From contig OZ320313.1 in assembly GCA_976226885.1 (NCBI GenBank), positions 71,796,001 to 71,860,000 of the forward strand: 64,000 nucleotides of DNA, in the 5' to 3' direction. The notes beneath the pieces were generated by a model. That model was not told the DNA's origin. It did no database searches and saw nothing but the letters and a program-made list of their open reading frames with translations. The translations under genes and the position numbers were made by a program. Positions 50,075 through 61,900 of this stretch are shown in pieces. How positions within the stretch are numbered: the first letter of the stretch is position 1; every line of letters starts with the position of its first letter. This stretch comes from Iphione sp. A-MEVVRFRX5 (Eukaryota).

Positions 50075-52563
50075 TTATGAGATCATAAAGGCAGACCGAA
50101 ATGAAAGAATCACATATATTTAATTTGATGGGTTTCAGATCGAGAGCACAAGAGGACATGTATTGAATACTAGAGGATATCATGTCTTTATTACGTTTTG
50201 GGGGGAAGGGGGTGTATTCTTCTCCATTTCAAAAGGGTCCATTCCAACAAGAGTTTCTTGTAATTGTGTCATGTAATATTGATAAGAGAGAATTTGAAAA
50301 TGTAAGTGATCTGCATGCAGTGACATCTAATGCAGGTGTTGACGATTATATACACATTGTACATTTACAAAGTATATATTCTTTTGGAGGGACGTGCATG
50401 TACGTATGAGACGAATGATTTAAACTTTGCCAAACCATCAGTTAATTCAAAGACACTGCATGACAAACTAAGAATACAGCATAGGAGAATAGAGCCACCA
50501 AATAACATGGCAAGCAAACTGTAAAAGGGACTTGCTTTCGAGTATTGCCTGCAAGCGACTTCATGATTAATTGTGTTTGTCGTCGGTATTATTCTTATGT
50601 CTAAGTTACTGTGCGCTGTTAATTTTACATGCTGTATATAAAATATATAGCCAATATAAAACAAAAGAATAACAAGAAATAAATATAAATGACAGATAGG
50701 GCACCTTTGGATGAAAAAGAACCAGACCTGGTGTGAAGAACAGAGAAAAAGGCACAACTGGGCAAACGACAAAAAAGGGCATCGTGGGGAAGCTGCCTAA
50801 TCACAAATGACCACTGTGCTGAATTTTACTGGCCACCAGTCATTTAGCCGGGTTAAAAAAAACTAAGTGGGGGACTAAAGGGAATGAAGTGGCGAGTTTC
50901 TGTTGCCAGCGCTGAACTCTCCCGGGCAGGTCCTCCAGTCACAGTCCTGTGGAGGTGCTCTGCTGTTGAGCAGGCTGGTGGGAGGGTGGGGTTGGAATGG
51001 GAGGGTAGGGGGACATGCAGAGGAGCTCACACACCACCAATTACCCGGCGTGTGCCAGGGGGCCGTTATTACCGCTCCACCTGCCGGTAAAATGAGCGCT
51101 GCACGTGCCATCCAGCCCAGCCACAAATAAAAGAGGAAAGAGCCTCATGATGATAGTGAGAGAAGGACAATAGTAGGTTGGCGCAGGCCGACAGACCATT
51201 CGTGGTCTGCGAGTGAAGAAGGCTCCGCCAGTAAGTAGAAAGTACAGAAATGTGAATGCCCCAGGGCAACAGATAGACAACCTACTCTTCCAATTTCAAC
51301 ACTGGTACACTATAGGTAGGACTTTACTCTTAAGACTTTAGACTCCTTACTTAAACATACATTTGTTTTTTACAGGGCCGGGGGTGGGGGTGGGGGGGGT
51401 GGCCTGGAAGAACAGATACAAACGGCTAGTGCAGTTGCAACTGCAGAGAGGAATTCAGGAGGCAAGTGGCAGCACAACGCCCATCTCAAACATAAAATAA
51501 CGAGGCAAGGGACTGTTTTCTGATGAAGACCCACCGAGAGCACCCATTTAGTTACCGACCTCATATGGTAAAGATCAACGTGCCACTGTGAGCCACAATA
51601 AATTTGTCATGATCTCTTGTATGTAATATGCATATGGACAATAGTTTATTGTTCTGTAAATGGAGTCAACAATAATGGAAATTTTACCACCCTTGTTTTC
51701 TATGAATACTTGTATTTCTTGGGATAGTCGTTATTCTCCGTATCAAAAGGGAAGATTACCTCCCAAAAACTAATTTCATCAGTGTCCGTAATATGATGTT
51801 ACCCGTATCAATTCCTCCATTTGTTGGGGCCGGCTTACCTTTTTCATTACAGATATCCATTCCTCCTTCTACTCAAGTCATGCAGTTGATGATTATTTGA
51901 TGCAAAGAGTAACCAAAACCAAGGAGAATCTTGTTACCTTCTATAATCCATCTGAAACAGAGGTCTCTGCCTATGCTACATCCTACTTTTTATGCTTGTT
52001 AAGTCAGGTCTCATATCTCTGCATATTCGGCATTCAAATTCCCTCAATTTCTGACTGAATCTTCAGGATGTTGACTGGTTATAATCTATTGAAATAAATC
52101 TCACCTGAGCTGCATTTAAAAAATACGTTTCCTGCTATAAACGTGAATCAGATAGTACGTCCTCGCTGTACATGGTCTGGACTTCCTTGTTAAGAAGCTC
52201 GCAATAAGTCAATGCTTCTTTTAAGACCTCATAGAGAGGCCGAGGTGCTAACCTACTGACACTGAATAAACCACTGCTGTGTTCCACAGAATCTGATAGA
52301 CAACGAACCCTAATAAGTAGCTTGACCTTGACTGGTTTACATCCTGTATGGTAAAACAGGTAGGTTACATTCTTTAATGTCTATATTCAGTTTAGTAACC
52401 TACCTCTCATAATAATGGCAGGAGCAGCTATGTACACTGTTGATTGTGTTTTCATTTGGCTTCAAGAAGGCAACCAAAAAGTACCAAGGAAATATACTTA
52501 CTTGTTGGAGTGAACTTTGTTACCTACACAAGTGCCTTCGGCAAAGGGGCATTCACAGCAGTC

Positions 52564-52576
52564 TGAACTTTGACCC
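52564..52576 (-). promoter_or_regulatory. Nuclear receptor DR1 motif
   Basis: Minus strand GGGTCA-A-AGTTCA, a canonical DR1 (COUP-TF/HNF4/RXR class). Motif only. Confidence 0.35.
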
Positions 52577-53032
52577 GTACCCCACCCCTTGTCTTTGACC
52601 ACCCAGTGACTGTATCTGATCAGGGACAACCCCGGGTACTAGATAACTGATCATGAGCCCAATGATATAGAGAGGGCTACATCAAGCTTAAGAAGTAGAC
52701 TCCCAATCTTTTGTTTCTTTTCTTTCATATTCTCTCTTATGTTACAAATCATATGCAATGCTCGATTTGTTCAAAGCATTAAAATAATCAGGTCAAATGC
52801 AACCAATTATTTAGGTTAAATGAAGGCTCACACTCATAGGATTTCCCTGCATGGCAGAACTACTTTCAGGCAACGTTTTATTTAGGTGGTGTAACAAGCA
52901 CCTTTAGTATTGTTGTTTACAGTCTGGTATAGTGTGCATGGGTACTTCAAAGTTTCTTAACTTCCCGGATTGTGCATAGATGATTTTCCTTTAAAATTAA
53001 GACCTTAAGAATAAGTAGTGGAATTATTATTA

Positions 53033-53036
53033 CAGA

Positions 53037-53070
<34 letters not shown>

Positions 53071-53071
53071 C

Positions 53072-53114
<43 letters not shown>

Positions 53115-53115
53115 G
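53033..53115 (+). repeat. (GA)n/(GACA)n compound microsatellite
   Basis: Direct observation. Confidence 0.95.
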
Positions 53116-54603
53116 AATTGTCATATGATGGTATTATTAGGTAATACATTTCTCTTTCTATACCTCAAAAAAAATCTAACAGTTCCTCTCTGTGTGGAGG
53201 GTGAGATATCTGATATTACACTGGCCAGAACTGTCCAAGACTACAGATTATGTCCAACAGAGGACGCACTTACAATCAAAGTAGCACACATATGCTTACT
53301 TGTGTGTGACGGTGTGAGGATTCATTTCAGTTCGGGAGAAAACTTCAAGGGGGTGTTGTGTTGTGCTGAAACGGAAACTTTTGAGAGGATCGCAGTGCAA
53401 ACCACGAAGCAGGGTTCACATGTGTTTAATGTTTCCAGTACACATACAACATGTTTGGTAACCTAGGGATTATTCTGCACTGAGGGAAAGCAGGACATGT
53501 ATACTTCACACACGTACCGGTAAAACGACCTTTCTGGACTACAAGAGTAACGTGTGCTAATACTGAATGGCCGATGCTGAGATCTGATTGTTTTAATTCC
53601 GATTAGCTGTAGATATACAGATATAATGCTGTCATTACAGTTTTTATAGAGTAAATTGGACCCCACATGCCAGATCCAATTGACACAGATGTTGCCCAAG
53701 CCAAATCGTGTGAGCAATAAAAAAAGATTGTCCAATTTAAGGAAACACGATTGTGTTGATAGAAATCTCGTGACGACACTAAGAGATGTTCCTGACACGT
53801 ACCATCAAGAAGTGTGCTCTGGGACGGTGACATGTGATGGGCAAAAGGTTTCATTATCATCCGATATGCCTCAAATAGCTTGCAATAAGACTGACTCCCC
53901 GCCTTTACATTCTTCTGTTCGGATAGATGTGGGAGGGGGAAGGGGTTGCTGGGGTGGGCGTTTCACTCATCCAGCGATATTTATGAAGTGTTATCAACAG
54001 TTTCGGCAAATGACTGAAGATTCTATCAGAATAACCAGCACTATTGGCAAGGGGAATAGATCCTGATAGCGTACCTTCAATAAACATGTCCACAAAGGAA
54101 CACTCGACAGGAAGTGAGGGCAGACGGTCTCTTCCGATAAACACAGGCCGCCACAGTAAGGAAGGGAAACAAAGTAATAAAGCGTCTCGGTTAACGACGG
54201 CTTTCTGAATATCCGGAAGTGCAGTTATTCCAATTTCTTCCAGATAATGAAAGATTTGATTACTCCTAGTAAGCTTTTATCAATTCATTCACAACAAACT
54301 GGGTTTGTTTATCAAAACACGTGATCAACAATGACACTTTTCGCACATTAAGTAAGTCGTGGGGGGGGGGGGGGGCTGAAGCTGGCACCCCCTCGAAAAT
54401 TTAACCACAAATTTAACCGGCGGTGGAAAAATAACACTGCACCCATACAGAAACTTATGAACTGTATCAGAATATGTGAAGGGAATCGACTGGCTTCCTG
54501 ATCTATGATTCAAATATCCACCCAGGAGGTCCGAGTTCCCCTATCCATTCAGCATATCGGACACCCGTTTTCATTCTGAATATACCCAATTTCATTTATC
54601 ACC

Positions 54604-55245
54604 TAAGGCCCGGTTTCCTTACCTGCGGTGGTGTCCGTTGGTATACGTGTGCGTTTCAGTGCGGGAAACGCACAGCAGGGTGTTTCCGCACTCCAACGCA
54701 CAGGGGTGTCCCCTACAGTGCGTAACGATGCGTGCGTTGGTGTGCGTATATGATCGGGAAAATATGAAAAACGGCAAAAAAAACGCAGAAAGACGGCAAA
54801 TTTCAAGCAAATTGTCCCGAAAACGCATATTTCATGCAAATTCGGCCGAAAAACGGCAAATTTCAAGCAAATTGTCCCGAAAAACGCATATTTCATGCAA
54901 ATTCGGCCGAAAAACGGCAAAAATGTGCGGAAAAATTCGGGAAAAAACCGTCATTGTGCGGAAATGTGCAGATATGTGCGGTATCATCAGTCAAAAGTCA
55001 GCCAAATTCAGTCAAAGTCAGTCAAAATGATGGAAATACAGGTGCGTGAGTGTGCGTTGCTGTGCGTGTGCGTGGAATTTACGGGAAGGGATCGAAAACG
55101 GGCTCCGCACGGCTCCGCAACTCCGCACACACAGAGCACCGCAGGTAAGGAACACCCCTCATTAAAATCACCGTGACAGTAAAATCGGCACATTTCCCGC
55201 ATTGCAACGCACGCATGGCTACGCACGTAAGGAAACCGGGCCTTA
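54604..55245. mobile_element. PIF/Harbinger-like MITE, ~640 bp, with internal tandem repeat
   Basis: Perfect 19 bp inverted ends including flanks: taaggcccggtttccttac (54604) and gtaaggaaaccgggcctta (55227). Internal ~60 bp tandem duplication at ~54791-54920 built of ~30 bp subunits. Non-coding. Confidence 0.9.
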
Positions 55246-55739
55246 CACTAACGGCCTATCTTTGTTTACCACTTAGTGAGAAATGCGCAGTTTTGTCCAT
55301 TTTTCTGTCAATTTGAAGAACCATTTGCATTCACAACTCTGAAGTGCGCCAACACATACCCGTCTGTAGTTACCTATGTGCCCAAAGAGAGAGGCCACGT
55401 TTATCTGGGCACAAGAGCTTCGGTTGTACCCAGTTTACCCTCAATTCTCACAATGTAACTTGATAATATCACAGGAGACAGTGGCAGGCAAGAGAATGCA
55501 ACTACCTCCGGACGAAAATACATGAACCGATAGATCCTACTGAACGTTCATGTACGCAAACACATTCTTCAGCGGATAAAAGGCCCATCCCTTGCAATTC
55601 GTCCCTGTAGTGCCATGTTACAGGGCAAATATGAATTGGGCTTGTGGGTAGATGAATGTATATTTCATAGTTGAAACATCAGAACGATGACCATTGTAGA
55701 ACACTAAAAAGAAGAAAACTGAAGAATAGATTCATAAAT

Positions 55740-55900
55740 TGTTTCCAGAAGAGGCAACTCAAAGTAAGGGTAGCTCATACTTGCTGCTTATCCCCAAAGT
55801 GCACAACAAACCACAACTAGTTTTCCCAGGGCAACGCCATCCCTATCTCTCGTGAGTATGTTAGTCCTACGCAGTCAGCTAATTATACATGGTTCATTAA
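55740..55900 (+). pseudogene. Possible highly decayed Penelope-like reverse transcriptase fragment
   Basis: One frame reads YLLLIPKVHNKPQLVFPGQRHP, then after a frameshift PISREYVSPT. This resembles the Penelope RT motif YxLPKxHK...PGRPIVS...SPT. By eye only; flanking motifs not recovered. Confidence 0.25.
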
Positions 55901-58900
55901 TATCAGAAATTTTTAGAAGGCAGAACAAGGTTATAGTGTTGAAGAAATAAACACCTCCTAACCATGAGACGTGCACTTCAGCAAGTACGACAAAGACGTG
56001 GTCAACGAATAAGGTAGATCAGGTGAATCTTCATCATAGTGCATCTCTGTTATCCTCAGCATTGGGCAGTAGCAATCAGATATGAAAGACGTAGGTACAG
56101 CCAGCATTAGTGCAAATAAGAGACATATACAGCAGATGGTATCACTAAGGAAAACCATATCAAAGCGAACTGGGCAGTGCCTATAGTGGAGGTTTGTTTT
56201 AACGAAGCTGATTGTGGCGCCGTCGTTAGAGAGGGCTCCGCTGAAAATCGGCGGCGCAACAAAATGTTGAATATGGATTTGCTACATGGACCAGCTTGAA
56301 CGGGAATGATAGATGGATTTTGAGCGGAGAAAGTTTACAAGCTGACTGGATGGGTGAGAGATGATAGTGCCAAGGTTCGTGGGTTGTGATTAATTCTCCA
56401 GCATTTTCACATGTCGAATGATTTTTATCAGATACGCTGTCATACTTATCAAACGGTCTGGACTTACTTGTCCCTTCACAATATGCTTCAATATACATTG
56501 CTGATGTGTTTAAATTCTGCTGATCTATAGCATGGGAAGTTCTAGGGAAATACGGGTAACGATTTGGGCTTTTCTGGCAAGAACTCAAGCAATAATTTAT
56601 AAATCACTGCTAGTCCAGCTCTAGCATGCACCATACATGTGCCACATTTCAGCTTTTAGGCGATCTAATTTCAGAGTAGACAGCCACAGAATGTGTAAAC
56701 ATAAGACCACAAGTATTCCCACGGGTTCGTACATATATGCAACGACCCAAAATGGTAATGATAGACTATGTGGACTTAAAGCGTCATACAAGTCATTGTT
56801 TTTTGGGGGGTTATCATTATACATCGATACCTTGACTCTCCCCTTCCAGGACGAGAGATCGGAAAGTGTCTGCTGTCGTATCTTTGCTGAATATAAATTT
56901 GGCATCACAAACACTTTGCAGAAAGGCAATTTTTAAATGAACATTTCCATTAAGTAACCGAATACAATTCCTCCGATAGCATGACGACATGGTTATGTTT
57001 TTACGTTTGAAAATGCAGATAAAAAAGTTAATGGTTCACACGGTCTTCATAACGGAAAAGCAGGTTAAGTATATTAAGTGAACAAATGCAGATGGGCTGA
57101 CAAAAACGTAATCTGCTGACAACGAGTTATTTCCTAATACGTGTATTTGAAAGTGGCACTGTCGCCAAGCTTTCTTAAATAGGGAGTAAGCTTTTATGTC
57201 GTTACTGGAAACTTAATCTAATAACTTGCTCATTTACGTAAAAAGTGGATAACTTCAGTAAAATAGGATGCTATTATCCCGTTTCGATAAGCTACTTCTA
57301 AACATAGCCACATCATCAGGGCCACACTATTTATACTTCGCTAACACATTACAATAGTGCTTTGGTTATAGATGTAGAAAGAATAGTAAGGAAAATGGGA
57401 TGCGCACACGAATGAATCAAGATGGAAAAGTAATGACACTAGTCCTTGACAAGACGTTTAATTCTCGTTGCCTTATTGACTATTTTTCATCTCAAACGCA
57501 GTATGGATTGAATTCTATTTACGAAACGGATTGACTTTTCTGTTACTCGTCTGCAACCATCTTTCACGAAAGGTGCTACATGATTAGAGTTACAGATGGA
57601 TGCCACTCGGATAATAACTCACAAATCCTTGTAAGTTTCGTCATTCATAACACCGCACTTTTCAACATTTGCCAAAGAACGAACACATTCTGTGGCCCTG
57701 TATTAGAATGCTTCCAGTAAAACATCTTAGATCTTGCGTGTCCTTCTGTAAATTGTTCGCCCTGCATCTGAGGCAAACATTACGACAATTTTAATGGCGA
57801 GTCCAGGTGGCCCGATGAATCTTCAATATTATTTCTTCTGCTGAATGTCACGTTAACCTGACAGCAAACAAGCAGTCTCAAACTTAAAATACATCCACTA
57901 TGGGATTACCTTTGTAGTTACTGGCATTCCTTGCGGACCTCTGACTTCCCAAAAGGCAAGCCCTTAATGGCGTGAAAGCATGACTCCCATTTCCCAGCCA
58001 CAGACAGGAAGCCGTACAAGTGCTGCTCAACTTCGTCTTCTCTTGGTGATCATCTGCCGTTGACACGCTATCGGGAAATAAATGTTAGGCACGGCAAATG
58101 GTAAAATAGGATGCGATAATCTACAATGGCACTCGCAGTGGTCAAGTCCTTATTGTTCGTCCCTCGCGCTGGAGGCAGGGTTAGTACATTATAACCAGCG
58201 TCTGCCACCAGCTAAAAGCGGCTGACTAAAACCAACTCTTGAAAACAGAGACAAAATTTTTAATGGATGATCACTGGTATATTACGGACCTTGTGTGAAA
58301 CAGACACACCTGCATACTATAAACCGTGAATTGACTTTCGTTTACGTTATCAGTCTTCTAAACATTCCAGACAACAAAAATATTGCAACCAGGCCTCTAC
58401 TGCGCCAAGACCCTTTGTGGCACAGGAGGAATATTCCTCCCCCATGGCAGTAACCGGAGGCCTGGCAGGCCCCTGCCTCTCATCTATACTGATGGAGACA
58501 CGTCCTCTCAGCAACTCCCCTCGTACTGATCCCTCCCACCTAAACAAGTCGCCCAGACAAGATATAATCAAATCTCTACATGCATATACATGGCTTCCTC
58601 GGTCGGGCCTAACGCGGCAACCGCCAATTGTAAGGTTCCCTCCTGGGAAGGGGTTAGGCAGCCGAGAGGACAAGCCCACGCATACATGGCCCTACACGGC
58701 CGGGGTAATTGGCCGGGCATACAGGAGCCCTCTCCTTATATCGAGTCAGAGATCGCCAATGTCAACTGGACGCTCTCCAGAGCAGCCATGGCACGTTAGC
58801 ATAATGTGACGAAAACAATGATCTCGGGAATCATGTACAAGAGCTTCCATACCAACATCCTCCAGTTTTTACATCATGAACAGCGCGTCGCTTTAAATAC

Positions 58901-61900
58901 CACAGAACAAAACAACCATAATCAATGCTGACTTGCCACAAATAGTTTATTTTCATATTTGCAATCTACTAGATGATACCCCAGGGTATACTTCTATTTA
59001 TGTAAAAATATATTAAATGTAATAGACAAAAAGAATCTCCAGGAAGTGGTGGTCCTGAATAATATTACATAAGGTAAAGAAAGAATTGATCATTACCAGA
59101 CTTCTGTAAGTTCAGGGAGTACATGCATTGGTCTAAAGCGAACTCACATCAGAACCATGCAGACTAGCTCTAGATATAGGGCTCTAGTCATCTTTAACAA
59201 TGTCATAGGGCTCTAGGCGCATACTGCTCCCATAGGACCAGTTTCCACACCTGAGTGTGCATGCATGTGTGTTGCAGTATGAGCAGAATTGTCCTGGGCA
59301 GTCACACCCTATAAGTGGCAAATTTAATAGAAAAACAGTTGTAAAATGGCATAGCAGTGATTTGATGAAAATGTAGGAAATACATTTGTATACGGAAATC
59401 AAATTTGTACCTAAGTCAATATGTTAAGATACACATTCTTGCGTTACATACATATTCTTGCTTGTTACAAAGGATATATGCTCTATCCTACATGTGCATT
59501 TGCATACATTTCTGGTGCATTCAGTGAAATTATCCAGTGTGTTTGGAAACAGGCCAACACACACATACACATACACATACACACCGCAACACATGCATGG
59601 GACACCCAAGAATGAATTCACCATGTTCATGAAAATCCACAGCAATACACAGGTGATACAGAGGCAGATATGAAAACTGAGCCCAACAGACTCCCATCAG
59701 CTTTTTTACATACTGCGGCTCAATGACAGAATCAAATTAGCCCATGACAGGCTCATCCAGTAATGGTGCTATTCAAGATCTCACAGGAACTTGGCCTAAC
59801 AACCATATTTGTTCTGATACATGAATGAGATTCACCATGGACAGAGAGAAGATACGATGCATGTAGATGTGTATATAATTTCTCAGACATCAAACATTTG
59901 TAAATTAGCAAAGAGAGCGCAAAAGCAGCTGAGCTACAGCATGTGTACGGACATTTGACGAACCAGTTCCGTGTGACAGACACCTTCCCTCAAATTCATG
60001 TTCGTCAGGGGTACATAGCAGATAAGGACAGAAAACATTCACGCGTATATCTCGCCTTCACTGCGCTGTTAAAAGGGCTTCCGGGAAGAGCTGAAAACGT
60101 CTGTCGTTCTACGATCCAAAGAATTATAAAAACTGGCCTGTCCGGATATACGAACGTTACTTGATGGTGCCGTGGATTTAATTCAAAAATATATATATAT
60201 AAGCTCATTTTTTTCAAACTCTAAAGACGAGGCATTTTCTACCCAGTTCCTTATCCACAGGCGAAGGAAATCAATTCAGCAACATGTATTAACGAATAGT
60301 GTGAGTGAATGACAATATTTTTCCGGCTTTAATCCCAATAAATTTCCCCACGGCACAGTCGTAGCTTCGCGTAGCTATATGGTACTTCCCCTGCCTAAGA
60401 AGACTTCCACTAGGTTTTTTTTTTTTTAAATAAATAAATGAAAAAATAAAACTGAGGTTGATTACGTGAAGTTTCAAACTGCCGAAAGGTGCCTAGTAGA
60501 ACAAGTTGCGCGCCTCACGTAAGTATGGCGGGGACTTCAAACGTCTTCCGGCACGGTCATCTGAATAGCTCCCCAGTCTGCAATCTAGAACGGGACGCAA
60601 AAAGAGTGTGGGTCGGGGCCGGGCCATGGCTGATAGTGGTTTGCAGCCATCATCGATGGCTTTTTAAGCGTCGTCTCTGTAGGATATTGACGCCGCCCTG
60701 GGAGAAGTGCTCGGTGATTTTGCCTAGAAGTGAGAGACTTCGAGACGGCTGTGCCAGATATGTCTTGACAGTCGCATGAGCCAAAAAAATGACCGAAGAT
60801 GATGCATCTGTTACCAAACCGCGAGAAATCTCCATGAGGGCCTGGCGATGGCCAGACCGCTCACACCATTATTCTGTCTCAGCCCGCCCATACACAAACA
60901 GGTGCACGTGAACTGTGAATGCCTTGTCTTGTCGTGTAAACTGCACCACGACTACATCCTCATGAGCCTAAGTAATGAGCAAAAGTTGAGATCCCCTGCC
61001 GAGTGTTGGTTTTCCAATGGCTCACTTCGACTTGTTAATGAAGACTCCACAGCTTTTTTTTGGGTTTTAACCCTTCTTGGGCCGCCGACGTCACGCAAGG
61101 CGGCGGTACAGCGTGCTGCCATTTTGCAGTCATCTGCCATTCCCTGCAGCGCTTCCACTTCCGCTCTTTCTCAACGACGTTCTCCCCCGAACACTTTACC
61201 TACACGGGTAAAGTTCAGGGGGCTTAAAAATCACGAGCGGTCTGGTTTTTGTTCGCTCCAAACTAGAGCAACAGCACCTGTGAGTTATCACCCTTGCCAT
61301 GGGCCCTCGCTTCCTGCCGACCTTTACTTAAGCCGACTGAGTGACATACATGTTTATTCATAAGCCGCATGGTGTTGGTGCTTAGTAAAGCTATAGGCAT
61401 CAGTCCATAAATTATTAGTCAATTGTTTAAGTTAACGACGCATAAGTGTTGCTAAAGGTGGAAGTACGTAGTCGGTATTAGGAGTATTATTGGTACACGC
61501 GTCTTTCATGTAAATACGGATAGACTACAATAACGTCTGGAGCAGCAGCATCCAAACACAGACGAACAATCGTAAATGCAAATCGCCCTTTCAATGGCGT
61601 AGATTAGCTGCATTGTCACTTGGTGTCGAAGACATCTTAAATTTGCTATGAGACTGAATTTTCTTCACAGAATGTTGGGCAAATATTCCTCCAGCTGCAC
61701 TCCCACGTCATTGAAGTGTTTCGCAGGCGATTGTCTGATTGAGAGGCGAGAATGCAACCGAAGACAGTGTGGAAATGTGGTACGAGACAGCTCTTTCGTG
61801 CGTCACGCCATCGCCTTGACTCCGTTCACATCAACGGAAGAATAACGTCATCTAATGAGCACCCTAGAGTAAAGGGCACTTCACCGTCCTGCCTGTGAAA

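Noticed and set aside
51839-51951. Minus-strand exon candidate with AAG|GTAAGC donor
   Set aside because: All three frames contain stops and the acceptor tract is short.
55870-55915. TWFINIR, resembling TALE homeodomain helix 3
   Set aside because: Lacks the basic RRR tail and upstream helices, and a stop follows immediately.
60673-60717. Acceptor followed by DIDAALGEVLGDFA (LD-motif-like peptide)
   Set aside because: Only 14 codons, no good donor before the stop, no supporting neighbouring exons.
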